Source of the DNA: Desulfobaccales bacterium
GTDB taxonomy: Bacteria > Desulfobacterota > Desulfobaccia > Desulfobaccales > 0-14-0-80-60-11
Assembly (NCBI GenBank): GCA_049580385.1
Contig: JBAUPV010000030.1
Coordinates: forward strand, 577,721-641,720
DNA length: 64,000 bases
Direction of reading: 5' to 3'
Shown here piece by piece: positions 24,732 to 33,737 of this stretch. A program made the translations under genes and the position numbers. The notes under the pieces are model-generated. The model was given only the letters and a program-made list of their open reading frames with translations, did no database searches and was not told the origin of the DNA. Each line of letters starts with the position of its first letter. Position 1 is the stretch's first letter.

Positions 24732-25607
24732 TTAAGCAGCCTGGCGCGCCCGGAACCCCTTGATCCACTTCATGCCGTGGGGGTCTCTCCCTTCTATCAG
24801 GTCGGCAGCTTGCAGGGCACTCGCTTCTTGCTTTTTTAACGGGTTGCAGATCGGGCAGGTCAAACCGGCTTCCACTGAGAGCGCCAGAAAAACTGCAGTC
24901 AGGGTTTCCCGGTCGGGCATACCAAAGGAGATGTTGGATGCGCCCATGGTAATATTGACCCCGAAGCTGTTGACGATCATGCGTACGGCCTCCAGAACCA
25001 TCTTGCCAGCTCGCCACTCGGTTCCCAGCGTTAAGACGAGAGGGTCGATCACGATGTCCTCGGCGGGGATTCCCAGTTTGCCAGCCTCTTCGATGATCTT
25101 GGCGGCATTCTGAAATCTTTCGTCAGCGGTCTTGGGGATACCGGTATCTCCGCTGCATAGCCCAATGACCGGGCAGCCATACTCTTTAATCAGAGGCAAC
25201 ACCGCCTTGAGGCGCTTGGTTTCCGCACTCACCGAATTCACCAAGGGCCTGGCCCCGTCTTTACAGTAGTAGTTGAGAGCCGCTGCCAGCGTCTCAGTTC
25301 TGGGAGAATCGATGCAGATCGGAAAGTCATCCGTTGCTGCTCTGATTTCCTTGATAATTTGAACCATCAGGACGGACTCATCGGCGCCAGGCACTCCGGC
25401 ATTCACGTCCAGGATCCCGGCCCCCGCGGCAATCTGGGCCAGGGCATCCCTGCGAACCATATCGAATCTGCCCTCGCTCAGTTCAGCCCGCAGCACCTTT
25501 CGGCCGGTGGGGTTTATCCTTTCCCCGATGATCACCACCCCCTGGTCACGGCAGATGCGCGTTTCCTTTTTCGCTGATTTAACTAAAGTAGTAAGATTGG
25601 TCGTCAT
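24732..25607 (-). CDS. Pterin-binding methyltransferase (methyl-H4folate:corrinoid, AcsE/MtrH/MetH-domain-like)
   Basis: VIIGERINPTGRK...AGAGILDVNAG...ICIDSP...LVNSVS, a TIM-barrel pterin-binding signature. Start set at the ATG at 25607 (MTTNLTTLVK). Confidence 0.8.
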   Translation of the reverse strand: MTTNLTTLVKSAKKETRICRDQGVVIIGERINPTGRKVLRAELSEGRFDMVRRDALAQIAAGAGILDVNAGVPGADESVLMVQIIKEIRAATDDFPICIDSPRTETLAAALNYYCKDGARPLVNSVSAETKRLKAVLPLIKEYGCPVIGLCSGDTGIPKTADERFQNAAKIIEEAGKLGIPAEDIVIDPLVLTLGTEWRAGKMVLEAVRMIVNSFGVNITMGASNISFGMPDRETLTAVFLALSVEAGLTCPICNPLKKQEASALQAADLIEGRDPHGMKWIKGFRARQAA

Positions 25608-25897
25608 TGGGTCGCACTCCTTCCGGTGGCAAAATTTCCATAACCCCCATGGGGCAAAATGATCTGGTTCCTCAAGGGACGAGTCATCCAGAAAGTGAAG
25701 ATCTCCGTGATGACCTTCCCAGCGCCGGTACTCGTTGCTGGGAGAGATTGGGTCACGCACGGAGATCTGCAGCAGCTGGGCCAGGAGGATGCCATCCTGG
25801 CGCAGCGGTTTAAGCCTTTAGGGGCGAGAGCCCCCTGGGAGCCTGCCGTCCCCGCTAAAGTCAGAGACGCATCCGGGCAGGCGCCAGCCAGCCTCTC

Positions 25898-26722
25898 TTA
25901 TTCAGTTACTCCCAGCTTTTTGACTTCATCCATCACGGCGGGTTCCACCACCGGGACGACTGCTTTTTCCTTCTCCATGGCGTCTTTCTCGGGAATTGCG
26001 AAGGTCCCCGGTACCACGGTGACCAAACCATGGATGTTGACTATGGGATAGCCGTCGTGGACCCAACCCCTGAATCCATCAGTGACATTAATGATTTTCC
26101 CGGAATAGCCCATGTCGATCATAATCTTATGGACGATGGCGCCTCGATTGGAACCATTTTCAGGAGTCCCGGCCTTGCACATGAGGTAGTAGGTGGCCGT
26201 GGAGTCCGGGGCGATACTCGGGAGCAGCCAGTAAGCCAGGCCGGTGTCCAGGCGGATTGCTCCGGGGACATGCCCCGCCGCGAATTCCGATTCCATACGC
26301 ACATCCAGGAGGTGAATTTTAGGATTTTTCCAGCCTTCCTGCTCAATCCAAAGTTTGTAGAAATCGTCGGCGGAAATCCCTATGCCATACTGCCACATTA
26401 TGGGACGAAATTCATTCTGGCCGTTTTCGAAAAGCTCCTTGGGGGTCAGGACTGCTCCCGTATGACGCGGAGTCAGGGTTTTGCTGATGATGTAATTCTT
26501 ACCCCGGCCCATGGCCTCGAGTTGTTCCTTAGTCCAGGGCTTCTTGGAAAACTCCAGGATCTGTTTTTCCGTCCAGTCTTTGCTGGGGCCTACGCCCTGG
26601 TCCTGGGCGCCCTGAGCTTTGGCGGCCCCCTCCTCTGCCGCCAAGGCGAGAGAACCAGTGAAGAGAATGGCCACCAAGATGGCAAATACCGATACAACCG
26701 CGCTCCTTCTAAGTTTTTCCAT
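25898..26722 (-). CDS. Exported single-domain rhodanese-like sulfurtransferase
   Basis: Signal peptide MEKLRRSAVVSVFAILVAILFTGSLALAAEE. Rhodanese block HLLDVRMESEFAAGHVPGAIRL and active-site loop YYLMCKAGTPENGSNRG. RBS AAAGGAG before the ATG at 26722. Confidence 0.75.
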   Translation of the reverse strand: MEKLRRSAVVSVFAILVAILFTGSLALAAEEGAAKAQGAQDQGVGPSKDWTEKQILEFSKKPWTKEQLEAMGRGKNYIISKTLTPRHTGAVLTPKELFENGQNEFRPIMWQYGIGISADDFYKLWIEQEGWKNPKIHLLDVRMESEFAAGHVPGAIRLDTGLAYWLLPSIAPDSTATYYLMCKAGTPENGSNRGAIVHKIMIDMGYSGKIINVTDGFRGWVHDGYPIVNIHGLVTVVPGTFAIPEKDAMEKEKAVVPVVEPAVMDEVKKLGVTE

Positions 26723-26966
26723 CTTACCAACGCTCCTTTCTTGGGGGTGAGGATTCACTGCTCTCCTAATGGACAACCCGGCCGCAAAATACGATTTCTG
26801 CCCTTTCACCTCCATACTGCGGGTTTAAAGTATGGCCCTTTGGGCCCAAAACCGCCCAGGTGGGCCCAAGCGTAGTCGGCCGGAAAAGAGCCGCAGGGGT
26901 GATCCCTAATAATGGTGCGCAGTTTGGATGGCCCCAATTCTTAAATGCCACGGACTGGCCGCGAAC

Positions 26967-27032
26967 GCTGTCCGGGAGAGTCTGATTTTTTTATAGGATA
27001 ATCCCTCTCCTATAAGTCCGCATTTGTCCTAC
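26967..27032 (-). promoter_or_regulatory. 66-nt conserved element, copy C
   Basis: Minus-strand read: GTAGGACAAATGCGGACTTATAGGAGAGGGATTATCCTATAAAAAAATCAGACTCTCCCGGACAGC. Ends 244 nt upstream of the rhodanese ATG at 26722. Confidence 0.75.
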
Positions 27033-27204
27033 ATTTTGTCGCTTTAGATTAACTGGAGAAAAAAATGGTGTTAATCATTCCGGTTAGCCACCGGGAGGGT
27101 AGGAGGGAAAGCCCTTGGAGGTCCAAAGGGCTGCGAGGGAATCAAAAATCTCCGGGAAGTGGTGCGGGGGCAAAGGAGGCTATCGATGGGTCAGGAAGAC
27201 CCTC

Positions 27205-27831
27205 CTAAATTTCCCCGGCCCCAGGGCAGGCAGATTTGGGAGCCAGGTTAAATCCGATGAGGATCGTACCTAATTCAGGTTTCCCAGTCTCCCAACCAAA
27301 GTGCTCCTTGAGATAAAGGTCGGCCGATCCCAGGGGCGAGGCCGAGAGAATGTCCTCAACGCCGGGAATCCCTTCTAATTCAGGAAACCTCAAGCCCCGA
27401 AAAACGAAAACCGGCCGTTGACCGGCATTTTGCTTTATTCTGTCATAGTAAACGGCAAAATTCTTGCCGATGACCTTAACCTTCTCGCTTTTTTTCAATG
27501 ATTCCAGGCGCTCCGGGTCACAGACCTCCTCGCCGATGACCACACCACCCATTACCCAGGAGAGGCAGGGCTCCGAGGCGTGCCTGAAGTCATTATTGTT
27601 CAAAACCACGCAGACCATCCGTCTAGCGAGAACAGTTAAAACCCCTTCGTTGCAATACTTGCCTAATCCCCCCAGGCCTCGCTCCTGAAGCTCTTCCTCA
27701 AATCGCCTGAGGATTCCCCGATCGTTCTCATCAATCCAGCCAACAGCCAGTATCCCTCTGGTGTTGCGCAAGGCTTTTTCTACGCTGGGCTTACATTTTC
27801 CCGGGTCATAGCAGCAATTGCCACTAGGCAT
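27205..27831 (-). CDS. Hypothetical Cys-rich protein
   Basis: 208-223 aa, lower GC than its neighbours. N-terminal CCYDPGKC cluster plus scattered Cys. No SD at either candidate start (TTG 27876 or ATG 27831). Family not recognised. Confidence 0.5.
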   Translation of the reverse strand: MPSGNCCYDPGKCKPSVEKALRNTRGILAVGWIDENDRGILRRFEEELQERGLGGLGKYCNEGVLTVLARRMVCVVLNNNDFRHASEPCLSWVMGGVVIGEEVCDPERLESLKKSEKVKVIGKNFAVYYDRIKQNAGQRPVFVFRGLRFPELEGIPGVEDILSASPLGSADLYLKEHFGWETGKPELGTILIGFNLAPKSACPGAGEI

Positions 27832-27942
27832 GTCAAAATCCGATTCGATAAGGATAAGTATCAGGCCGAGCGCCAAGATTTTTATATCGAGGCATCATTT
27901 ACAGAGATTATATAATCTAAATTGATCTAAAATGGGAGTGAA

Positions 27943-30207
27943 GTGATTCCGGCCCAGGGGCGCTCCCATGTTGGCAAGGGCTCCGCGGGCCTGAGTGGCA
28001 ATATGGGAACCACCGGAAAAAGCAAACCCGATCCTCCTCTCCTGAGGCCCCTCGCTTTTCTGATCATGGCCATGCTTCTGGTCGTTCTTCTCTTGCTGGC
28101 GCTGGTCCGGCAGGACCGTCAGCCTTGGAAATCCTATCAAGAGGCCTACCGCCTAAACCAGGCCCAGAAACTGGCAGAATCGTTGCGAGGTAAGATTCCG
28201 GAAGTGGAGATCCGGGACAGATGCAAAACCATAACCCAGGCGCCTTTCCGGGTGAAAGAACTGAGGCCGATTATTACCGGCAAGGAGGAAAGGTGCCTCA
28301 CCTGCCACGATGGCCTGGAGGAGGTTAGCCCCTCCCATCCGGTGGAGGAATTCGGTTGCGTAATCTGCCACGGGGGTCAGGGAATCGGGGTGACGGTGGC
28401 TGTCGCCCACCAGGGCCTCATCGGCGGCCGCAATCCCTCGGACCTGTCAGTCGCCAGCCAGACCTGCGGCGGCGCAGGGGGGCAATGTCATGCGGGCCGA
28501 AGATTGGTAGCCCAAAACGAGGTAACCCGGGTGCGTTGCGGCGTAATGGCGACCATGAGTGGAGTCATTGCCAGCCTGCGTTACTCGTGGGCGGCTCAAA
28601 CCTCGGATGAGGCCCGCTATGCCTCTGTAGGAGTTAAAAATCCTGCTCCCCAGCCGGGCACTTTAGCTGAATTATTGACGCTTCCCCGGATGGGGCCGAT
28701 ATCTGGAAATGGGCCTGCCGGTTCCGAGGGACTGGTCCCAGCCTCTTCGGGAGAGCTTGCCGCCGATCACTGGCGCAAGCTCTGTGCCTCATGCCACCTC
28801 TGGAACAGAAAAGACCGCGGCCCCTCGGCCCATTCCTCAGGCTGCGCCGCCTGCCACGCTCTCTATAACCCCAAAGCGACCTACGAGGGCGCTGATCCGA
28901 CTCTACCCCGGGGGCAACCCGGTTACTCGAGACTGCACCGCCTGACCACCGCCATACCGGTGAGTCAATGTCTGCGGTGCCATAATCGCTCTGGACGTCT
29001 GGGAATTTCCTACACCGGCCTGGAAGAGGCGGACGGTTATGGCACCCCTTACCGGCAAGGGCGGCCCAACCTGGAGGCCCTCTCGGGAGGTAGAGATGTA
29101 CGCCATTTAGTCCCTGACATCCACTTTGAACGAGGAATGGCCTGTATAGACTGCCATTCCGGCAAGGAAGTCATGGGTGACGGCAACATTTACAGCCACA
29201 TGCGCCAACAGGTCGAAATTCGTTGTAACGACTGCCATGGCAGCTTCGGCCGGCCTCCCCGCACCAAGGTCTTGGGCGCAGAGGATGAAGAGGCCCTCTG
29301 GAGGGCCAGGGCCCTGGGGCTGGGCGATCTCCGGGGCCGGGAGGTGGGAATTACCCGGCGGGGGACGGCTATTTTGAATCTGCGCAAAGAGGATGGCAAG
29401 ATGATCCTCACCAGCAAACTGGACCGGAAAGATCACCTGTGCCCGACCATTACCACTGACCGGGATCATGCCATTCCCGGCCATGGCGCGGATCGCCTGG
29501 AATGCTCGGCCTGCCACTCCCGCTGGGCGCCCCAGTGTTACGGCTGCCACGACTACCGGCATCGCGGTGACCAGGGACTGGATAATCAGACCCAAGTCAA
29601 AACCGAGGGACTGTGGCAGGAAACCAGGGACTATTATCGATTTGACAATCCCACCCTGGGAATCGATTCACGCCAGCGGGTATCCCTGGTGGTGCCCGGC
29701 TGCCAGGTGGTCTATACCGAGTTGGCGCCAGATGGAACGGTGATGGCCGGTAACGACAAAAAAGTGTTCACGGGCGCGGGTATAGGCCACGGTATCGTCT
29801 CAACCCCCATCTCGCCTCATACGACGCGCCCCGAAGTTCGCTCCTGCCAGGAGTGTCATGCCGATCCGAAGACCCTGGGTATTGGGCAGGGCTTGTTCCA
29901 GCCCGGTAAGCGCTGGGCAGCGAACACCTTCGTTTCTTTGGTGCAACCGGAGATCAACCCGCTGGGTTTTGCCTGGGAGAGCCTTGCCGATCCCCAGGGG
30001 CGCCCTTTGGCAGCCACGACGCATGACGGCGCTCGCCCTTTTAATGGGGAAGAATTGAGACGCATTCTCGAGGTGGCCCCCTGCCTTCCCTGTCATGGCC
30101 GTTATGATGATCCGATCTGGTCGAATCCGGCGGCGGCCTTCGTTAGGGCCAAATTGCCATTGCATCAGCGGCAGGTGGGCCGCTGGTTGGACGGAACTGG
30201 AAAATGA
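27943..30207 (+). CDS. Membrane-anchored multiheme cytochrome c (11 CxxCH + 1 CX6CH)
   Basis: TM anchor LAFLIMAMLLVVLLLLALV. CxxCH motifs: CLTCH, CVICH, CASCH, CAACH, CLRCH, CIDCH, CNDCH, CSACH, CYGCH, CQECH, CLPCH, plus CGGAGGQCH. Starts at GTG 27943 after GGGAG (alternative ATG 28003). Confidence 0.85.
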   Translation: MIPAQGRSHVGKGSAGLSGNMGTTGKSKPDPPLLRPLAFLIMAMLLVVLLLLALVRQDRQPWKSYQEAYRLNQAQKLAESLRGKIPEVEIRDRCKTITQAPFRVKELRPIITGKEERCLTCHDGLEEVSPSHPVEEFGCVICHGGQGIGVTVAVAHQGLIGGRNPSDLSVASQTCGGAGGQCHAGRRLVAQNEVTRVRCGVMATMSGVIASLRYSWAAQTSDEARYASVGVKNPAPQPGTLAELLTLPRMGPISGNGPAGSEGLVPASSGELAADHWRKLCASCHLWNRKDRGPSAHSSGCAACHALYNPKATYEGADPTLPRGQPGYSRLHRLTTAIPVSQCLRCHNRSGRLGISYTGLEEADGYGTPYRQGRPNLEALSGGRDVRHLVPDIHFERGMACIDCHSGKEVMGDGNIYSHMRQQVEIRCNDCHGSFGRPPRTKVLGAEDEEALWRARALGLGDLRGREVGITRRGTAILNLRKEDGKMILTSKLDRKDHLCPTITTDRDHAIPGHGADRLECSACHSRWAPQCYGCHDYRHRGDQGLDNQTQVKTEGLWQETRDYYRFDNPTLGIDSRQRVSLVVPGCQVVYTELAPDGTVMAGNDKKVFTGAGIGHGIVSTPISPHTTRPEVRSCQECHADPKTLGIGQGLFQPGKRWAANTFVSLVQPEINPLGFAWESLADPQGRPLAATTHDGARPFNGEELRRILEVAPCLPCHGRYDDPIWSNPAAAFVRAKLPLHQRQVGRWLDGTGK

Positions 30208-32147
30208 GGATTCCGGTAAACCTGAGACTGGCGATGGCTCTCTGCATCTGGGTCGGAGCTGTATGGGCTTTGCCCTGCCTCGGTTCTCCGGCCCCGAGTC
30301 CGGGACCGGAGGTGGGTCATTCTCCAGCGGGCCTTGCGTGTCCCGGTGGCCCTAAAGGCAGATCGGATTGCCCCTGGGCGCCTGGGGGGCTCATAAGCAA
30401 CCCCGCTGATTTAACTCCTGCTGCCCGTACCTGCGGCCGCTGCCATCAAGAACAGGAGCACTGGGTAAAAAGATCCCTCATGGCCACCGCCAGCGGGATC
30501 ATCAACCAGACCCGGTTTCTCTGGGGAGCCCAGCCGGATGCAGCGCCGCGCTATGGGGCTGCGGCAATTGCGGGGCTGCGGCTCCTGCCCACCCAGGAGG
30601 CCTCGGGGGCCCTGGTGGACGACCTGCTCCGCCGCCGCTGCCTGCGCTGCCATCTCGGGGCCTCCGATCCGAGGAGCCCTGAAGGGGCCGCAGGTGATGC
30701 CGGGGCGAAGGGCGGGTCGGCTTGTGCGGCGTGCCATATCGTGAACGAGAGCGAGAGAATTGGGCCGGACCAGAAAGTGCCCGGGAAGGGAGGACAACCA
30801 GGACCTTATCGCCTGACCACATCTGTGCCCACTTCCCAATGTCTCCACTGCCACCGCGAGAATCACGCGGGCGCCGATTACGCAGGACTTTTCGAGCGGG
30901 ATCAATCGGTATCCTCTAACTTTGAGGCCACGGACCCCGGTTTAGTTCCTCAGCTCTATGGCAATTCGTATCACTTCCTGCTGCCTGATATTCATTACGA
31001 ACGCGGGATGCATTGCATCGATTGCCACCCGATGGAAGAAATCATGGGCGAGGGAACCATCCACTCTCAATCTCAGGAGCAGGTAGGCTTACGGTGCACG
31101 GACTGTCACGGCAGCCCGGGGAAACCGCCCCACAGCCGCCGGGTGACCATTGCCGACCAGCGGGCCCTGCGGGCGGCCCGCGCCAATCCCCACTACGATC
31201 TCGAAATCGGCCAAAAGGTTATTGTCACCTCAAAAGGCTACCTGCTGACGAACACCCGGGAAGAGAAAGGAGGCAGGTTCCTGCTGGTGTCCAAGGTTGA
31301 TGGCAAAATACATCAAATTCCGACCCTGGCCCGGGAAGGTCCGGGAAAAGGGCCGCTTGACCATCGCCTCCCCGGCCACCTGAATAAAATGGAGTGCGCC
31401 GCCTGCCATGCCGCCTGGACTTTCCAGGATCTCGGGTTGCACTTGCTGCGGCTGGACGCCGCCGATTACCAGCCCTGGATCTGGCTCACCCAGCAGGATG
31501 ATCCGCAGGCTACACGGATTCTCAGGGAAGAGCTGGTGAAGCCGCCGGGACAGAGAAATTTGCCGCACTCTCGAGACTATCTTACTGGCAAAGCCTCCCC
31601 TGGCATCTGGTTGGCAGGCTACTCCAGGCGCAGCTGGGAGGGGATCATTTTGGGCGTCGATTACCGGGGGCTGGTAAGCGCCTTCCGGCCTCAATATCAG
31701 TATTGGGTCAGCCGGGTGGATGCCGGAGGGCGGGTGCTCCTCGATTCTGTCACCCCGACCACGGCGGCTGGGCGGGCGGCCCTTGCCTGGAACCCTTATA
31801 CCCCCCACACGACCAGGCGTCAGACCCGCGCTTGCTGGGACTGCCACGGAAATACACGCGCCTTGGGCTTGGGTGAGATGTTGATCCGGGCCAAAGATGG
31901 GCAGCCGCTGGGGCTGACCAGGCCAAACGCCGACGGCCTGGGCATTGGGTTCGAGCTGGACCAGGTGATTGATGGGCAGGGGCGGAGCCTGCAGACCACC
32001 ACCAGGCCTGGAGCCGCATTTCTCGATCGAGAGCGGCTTAGGCGGCTGGACGCCGGTAATCCCCTTTATGTGAAATACCTTTTGGAGTATTATGCGAACA
32101 AGGAAGCCTATGGAGATCCCGCGGGTTTCACAGACCCCAAAAAGTGA
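30204..32147 (+). CDS. Periplasmic multiheme cytochrome c (8 CxxCH), paralog of the preceding gene
   Basis: Signal peptide MRIPVNLRLAMALCIWVGAVWALPC. CxxCH motifs: CGRCH, CLRCH, CAACH, CLHCH, CIDCH, CTDCH, CAACH, CWDCH. ATGA start/stop overlap with the upstream gene. Shared blocks include DIH(F/Y)ERGM.CIDCH. Confidence 0.85.
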   Translation: MRIPVNLRLAMALCIWVGAVWALPCLGSPAPSPGPEVGHSPAGLACPGGPKGRSDCPWAPGGLISNPADLTPAARTCGRCHQEQEHWVKRSLMATASGIINQTRFLWGAQPDAAPRYGAAAIAGLRLLPTQEASGALVDDLLRRRCLRCHLGASDPRSPEGAAGDAGAKGGSACAACHIVNESERIGPDQKVPGKGGQPGPYRLTTSVPTSQCLHCHRENHAGADYAGLFERDQSVSSNFEATDPGLVPQLYGNSYHFLLPDIHYERGMHCIDCHPMEEIMGEGTIHSQSQEQVGLRCTDCHGSPGKPPHSRRVTIADQRALRAARANPHYDLEIGQKVIVTSKGYLLTNTREEKGGRFLLVSKVDGKIHQIPTLAREGPGKGPLDHRLPGHLNKMECAACHAAWTFQDLGLHLLRLDAADYQPWIWLTQQDDPQATRILREELVKPPGQRNLPHSRDYLTGKASPGIWLAGYSRRSWEGIILGVDYRGLVSAFRPQYQYWVSRVDAGGRVLLDSVTPTTAAGRAALAWNPYTPHTTRRQTRACWDCHGNTRALGLGEMLIRAKDGQPLGLTRPNADGLGIGFELDQVIDGQGRSLQTTTRPGAAFLDRERLRRLDAGNPLYVKYLLEYYANKEAYGDPAGFTDPKK

Positions 32148-32514
32148 GTAGGGCCAGGGTGCAGCCCATGGCCAGCAGAATCGCCAGATGGATGCTGAAG
32201 CGGTACCTATGCGCCGCATCGGGCTGGGCGGCGCCGGGAACCCAGGGGAGGACGGCGAGCAGGCCCAATGAGGCGAGAGGGATAATCAGTCCCGCCCAGA
32301 GGGCTGGCAGGTAGCGCAGCAGTACTTGAAGCCAGATGATGAGCCAGGGAGCGGTTATTTCGCCCACGGCTCGATTCTCCGGAGTCACCGTGGAATAGCC
32401 TGGAGGCCAGAGCAAGGCCAGCCCTAGCAGAATCAAGGCCAGGAGCATTGCCGCCAGCAATTCTCTGACAATCAGCTCTTTGCGTCTGGCGAATCTGGAA
32501 CGGCTTTCCGGCAT
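32128..32514 (-). CDS. Cytochrome b C-terminal part (b6f subunit-IV/PetD-like), 3 TM
   Basis: 128 aa with 3 hydrophobic helices. GEITAPWLIIWLQVLLRYLPALWAGLIIPLASLGLL aligns by eye to the PetD ...LPEWYFFP.FQILR..PNKL.G.L... region. Overlaps the 3' end of the convergent cytochrome gene by 20 nt. Confidence 0.65.
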   Translation of the reverse strand: MPESRSRFARRKELIVRELLAAMLLALILLGLALLWPPGYSTVTPENRAVGEITAPWLIIWLQVLLRYLPALWAGLIIPLASLGLLAVLPWVPGAAQPDAAHRYRFSIHLAILLAMGCTLALLTFWGL

Positions 32515-32586
32515 TATACCAACTTGCTGGGCAGGAGTTTTCAGTTGGGCGGTGCCAAGACCTTAGCAAACTTGCTAGCCGATTAT

Positions 32587-33066
32587 ATGTTACCGATTAG
32601 AAAAAACAAGCATCCCGAGTCTCGCCCGGGACGTCGCAGATTTGTGCTTTCCCTGGGATGGTCCCTGCTGGGGCTGGCCTTTGCCGGGGTGACCTGGATG
32701 ACCGGGGGGTTCCTCGGTGGGGCTCGGGCCCGCTCAGATCCGGAACCGGCGAATTTCGGTCCCCCCGGCGCTTACCGCATCGGCTCAGTGGTCAAATTGG
32801 GCCGGATAGTTCTCTTGCGAGATGCAACCGGTTTCTGGGCTGTATTTGCCGTTTGTCCCCATTTAGGCTGCCAGCCTGCCTTTGATGAGAACCGGCGGAT
32901 ATTTGTCTGCCCGTGCCATGGAAGTCAGTTCGACCCGGAGGGGCGTTTCCTGGCGGGGCCCGCTAAAAGGGGCATGAGTTTGGCCGCGTTGCGTTTGGAC
33001 AGCCTCGGGGCGCTGGTAGCCTATCCGCAAGAAAAGGTCAAGGCTGGTGACAGGTTTAACCCGTGA
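32587..33066 (+). CDS. Rieske [2Fe-2S] protein with Tat signal
   Basis: PGRRRFVLSLGWSLLGLAFAG twin-arginine leader. Cluster boxes CPHLGC and CPCHGS. Confidence 0.85.
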   Translation: MLPIRKNKHPESRPGRRRFVLSLGWSLLGLAFAGVTWMTGGFLGGARARSDPEPANFGPPGAYRIGSVVKLGRIVLLRDATGFWAVFAVCPHLGCQPAFDENRRIFVCPCHGSQFDPEGRFLAGPAKRGMSLAALRLDSLGALVAYPQEKVKAGDRFNP

Positions 33067-33689
33067 GATTCGATAAGTTCTTAGAGCACATCCATCCGTC
33101 TAAAATTTCGGAAGATCGCATCCGCATAAGCTCCACGTTTTGTCTGGGAGGCGCGGCGTTTTTTCTTTTCATTACCTTAGGCGTTACCGGCCTGCTCCTG
33201 GCCATTTACTATCTGCCCAGCGCCGCAGGGGCCAAGGCAGGGATCCACGATCTAACCTATGTGGTTCCCTTCGGCTGGCTCATCCGCGCCCTTCATTTTT
33301 GGGCCGGCCAACTCATGCTCGTGGCTATTCTTTTGCATACCGGGCGCGTGGTGGCGGCGCGTGCCTACCTACCCCCGCGGCAGGGAAATTGGCTGATCGG
33401 AGTGGCGCTCTTGCTCATTACCGGTGGCCTCGATTTTTCCGGCTACGTGCTGCGTTGGGACTCGCAAACCTTTTGGGCAGCTCAAGTAATGTCTCAGCTT
33501 CTGGAGCGGGTGCCGCTAATCGGCCCTGAACTGCAACAAATCCTGCTGGGCGGACCTCAAATCACCGAGTCCGGACTCTTGCGTTTCTATGCCTTTCATT
33601 GCCTCTTGGGGCCGGTGCTGTGCTTATCATTGATCATGTATCATTTTTGGCGGGTCCGGCGCGATGGGAACCTGGGAAAATCGCTCTGA
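33063..33689 (+). CDS. Cytochrome b, N-terminal (b6-like) part, 4 TM, two His pairs
   Basis: 208 aa. RALHFWAGQLMLVAILLH and FHCLLGPVLCLSLIMYH heme-ligand pairs. GTG start overlaps the Rieske stop. Confidence 0.8.
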   Translation: MRFDKFLEHIHPSKISEDRIRISSTFCLGGAAFFLFITLGVTGLLLAIYYLPSAAGAKAGIHDLTYVVPFGWLIRALHFWAGQLMLVAILLHTGRVVAARAYLPPRQGNWLIGVALLLITGGLDFSGYVLRWDSQTFWAAQVMSQLLERVPLIGPELQQILLGGPQITESGLLRFYAFHCLLGPVLCLSLIMYHFWRVRRDGNLGKSL

Positions 33690-33737
33690 TAGCCTGATAG
33701 ATTGCCAGCCAGATAGCGTCTGGCCGCGGAGGTCAAG

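Noticed and set aside
27969-27985. TGGCAAGGGCTCCGCG as a sigma-54 promoter for the cytochrome operon
   Set aside because: It lies inside the most probable coding start (GTG 27943). It would leave no leader or RBS before the ATG at 28003, and the -12 box is CCGC.
31230-32219. 329-aa minus-strand ORF antisense to the second multiheme cytochrome
   Set aside because: No CxxCH motif or other features. The plus strand encodes 8 heme motifs and a signal peptide.
32545-32560. GGTGCCAA (reverse complement TTGGCAC) between the subunit-IV and Rieske genes as a minus-strand -24 box
   Set aside because: No GC/TTGC element at the required -12 position on that strand.
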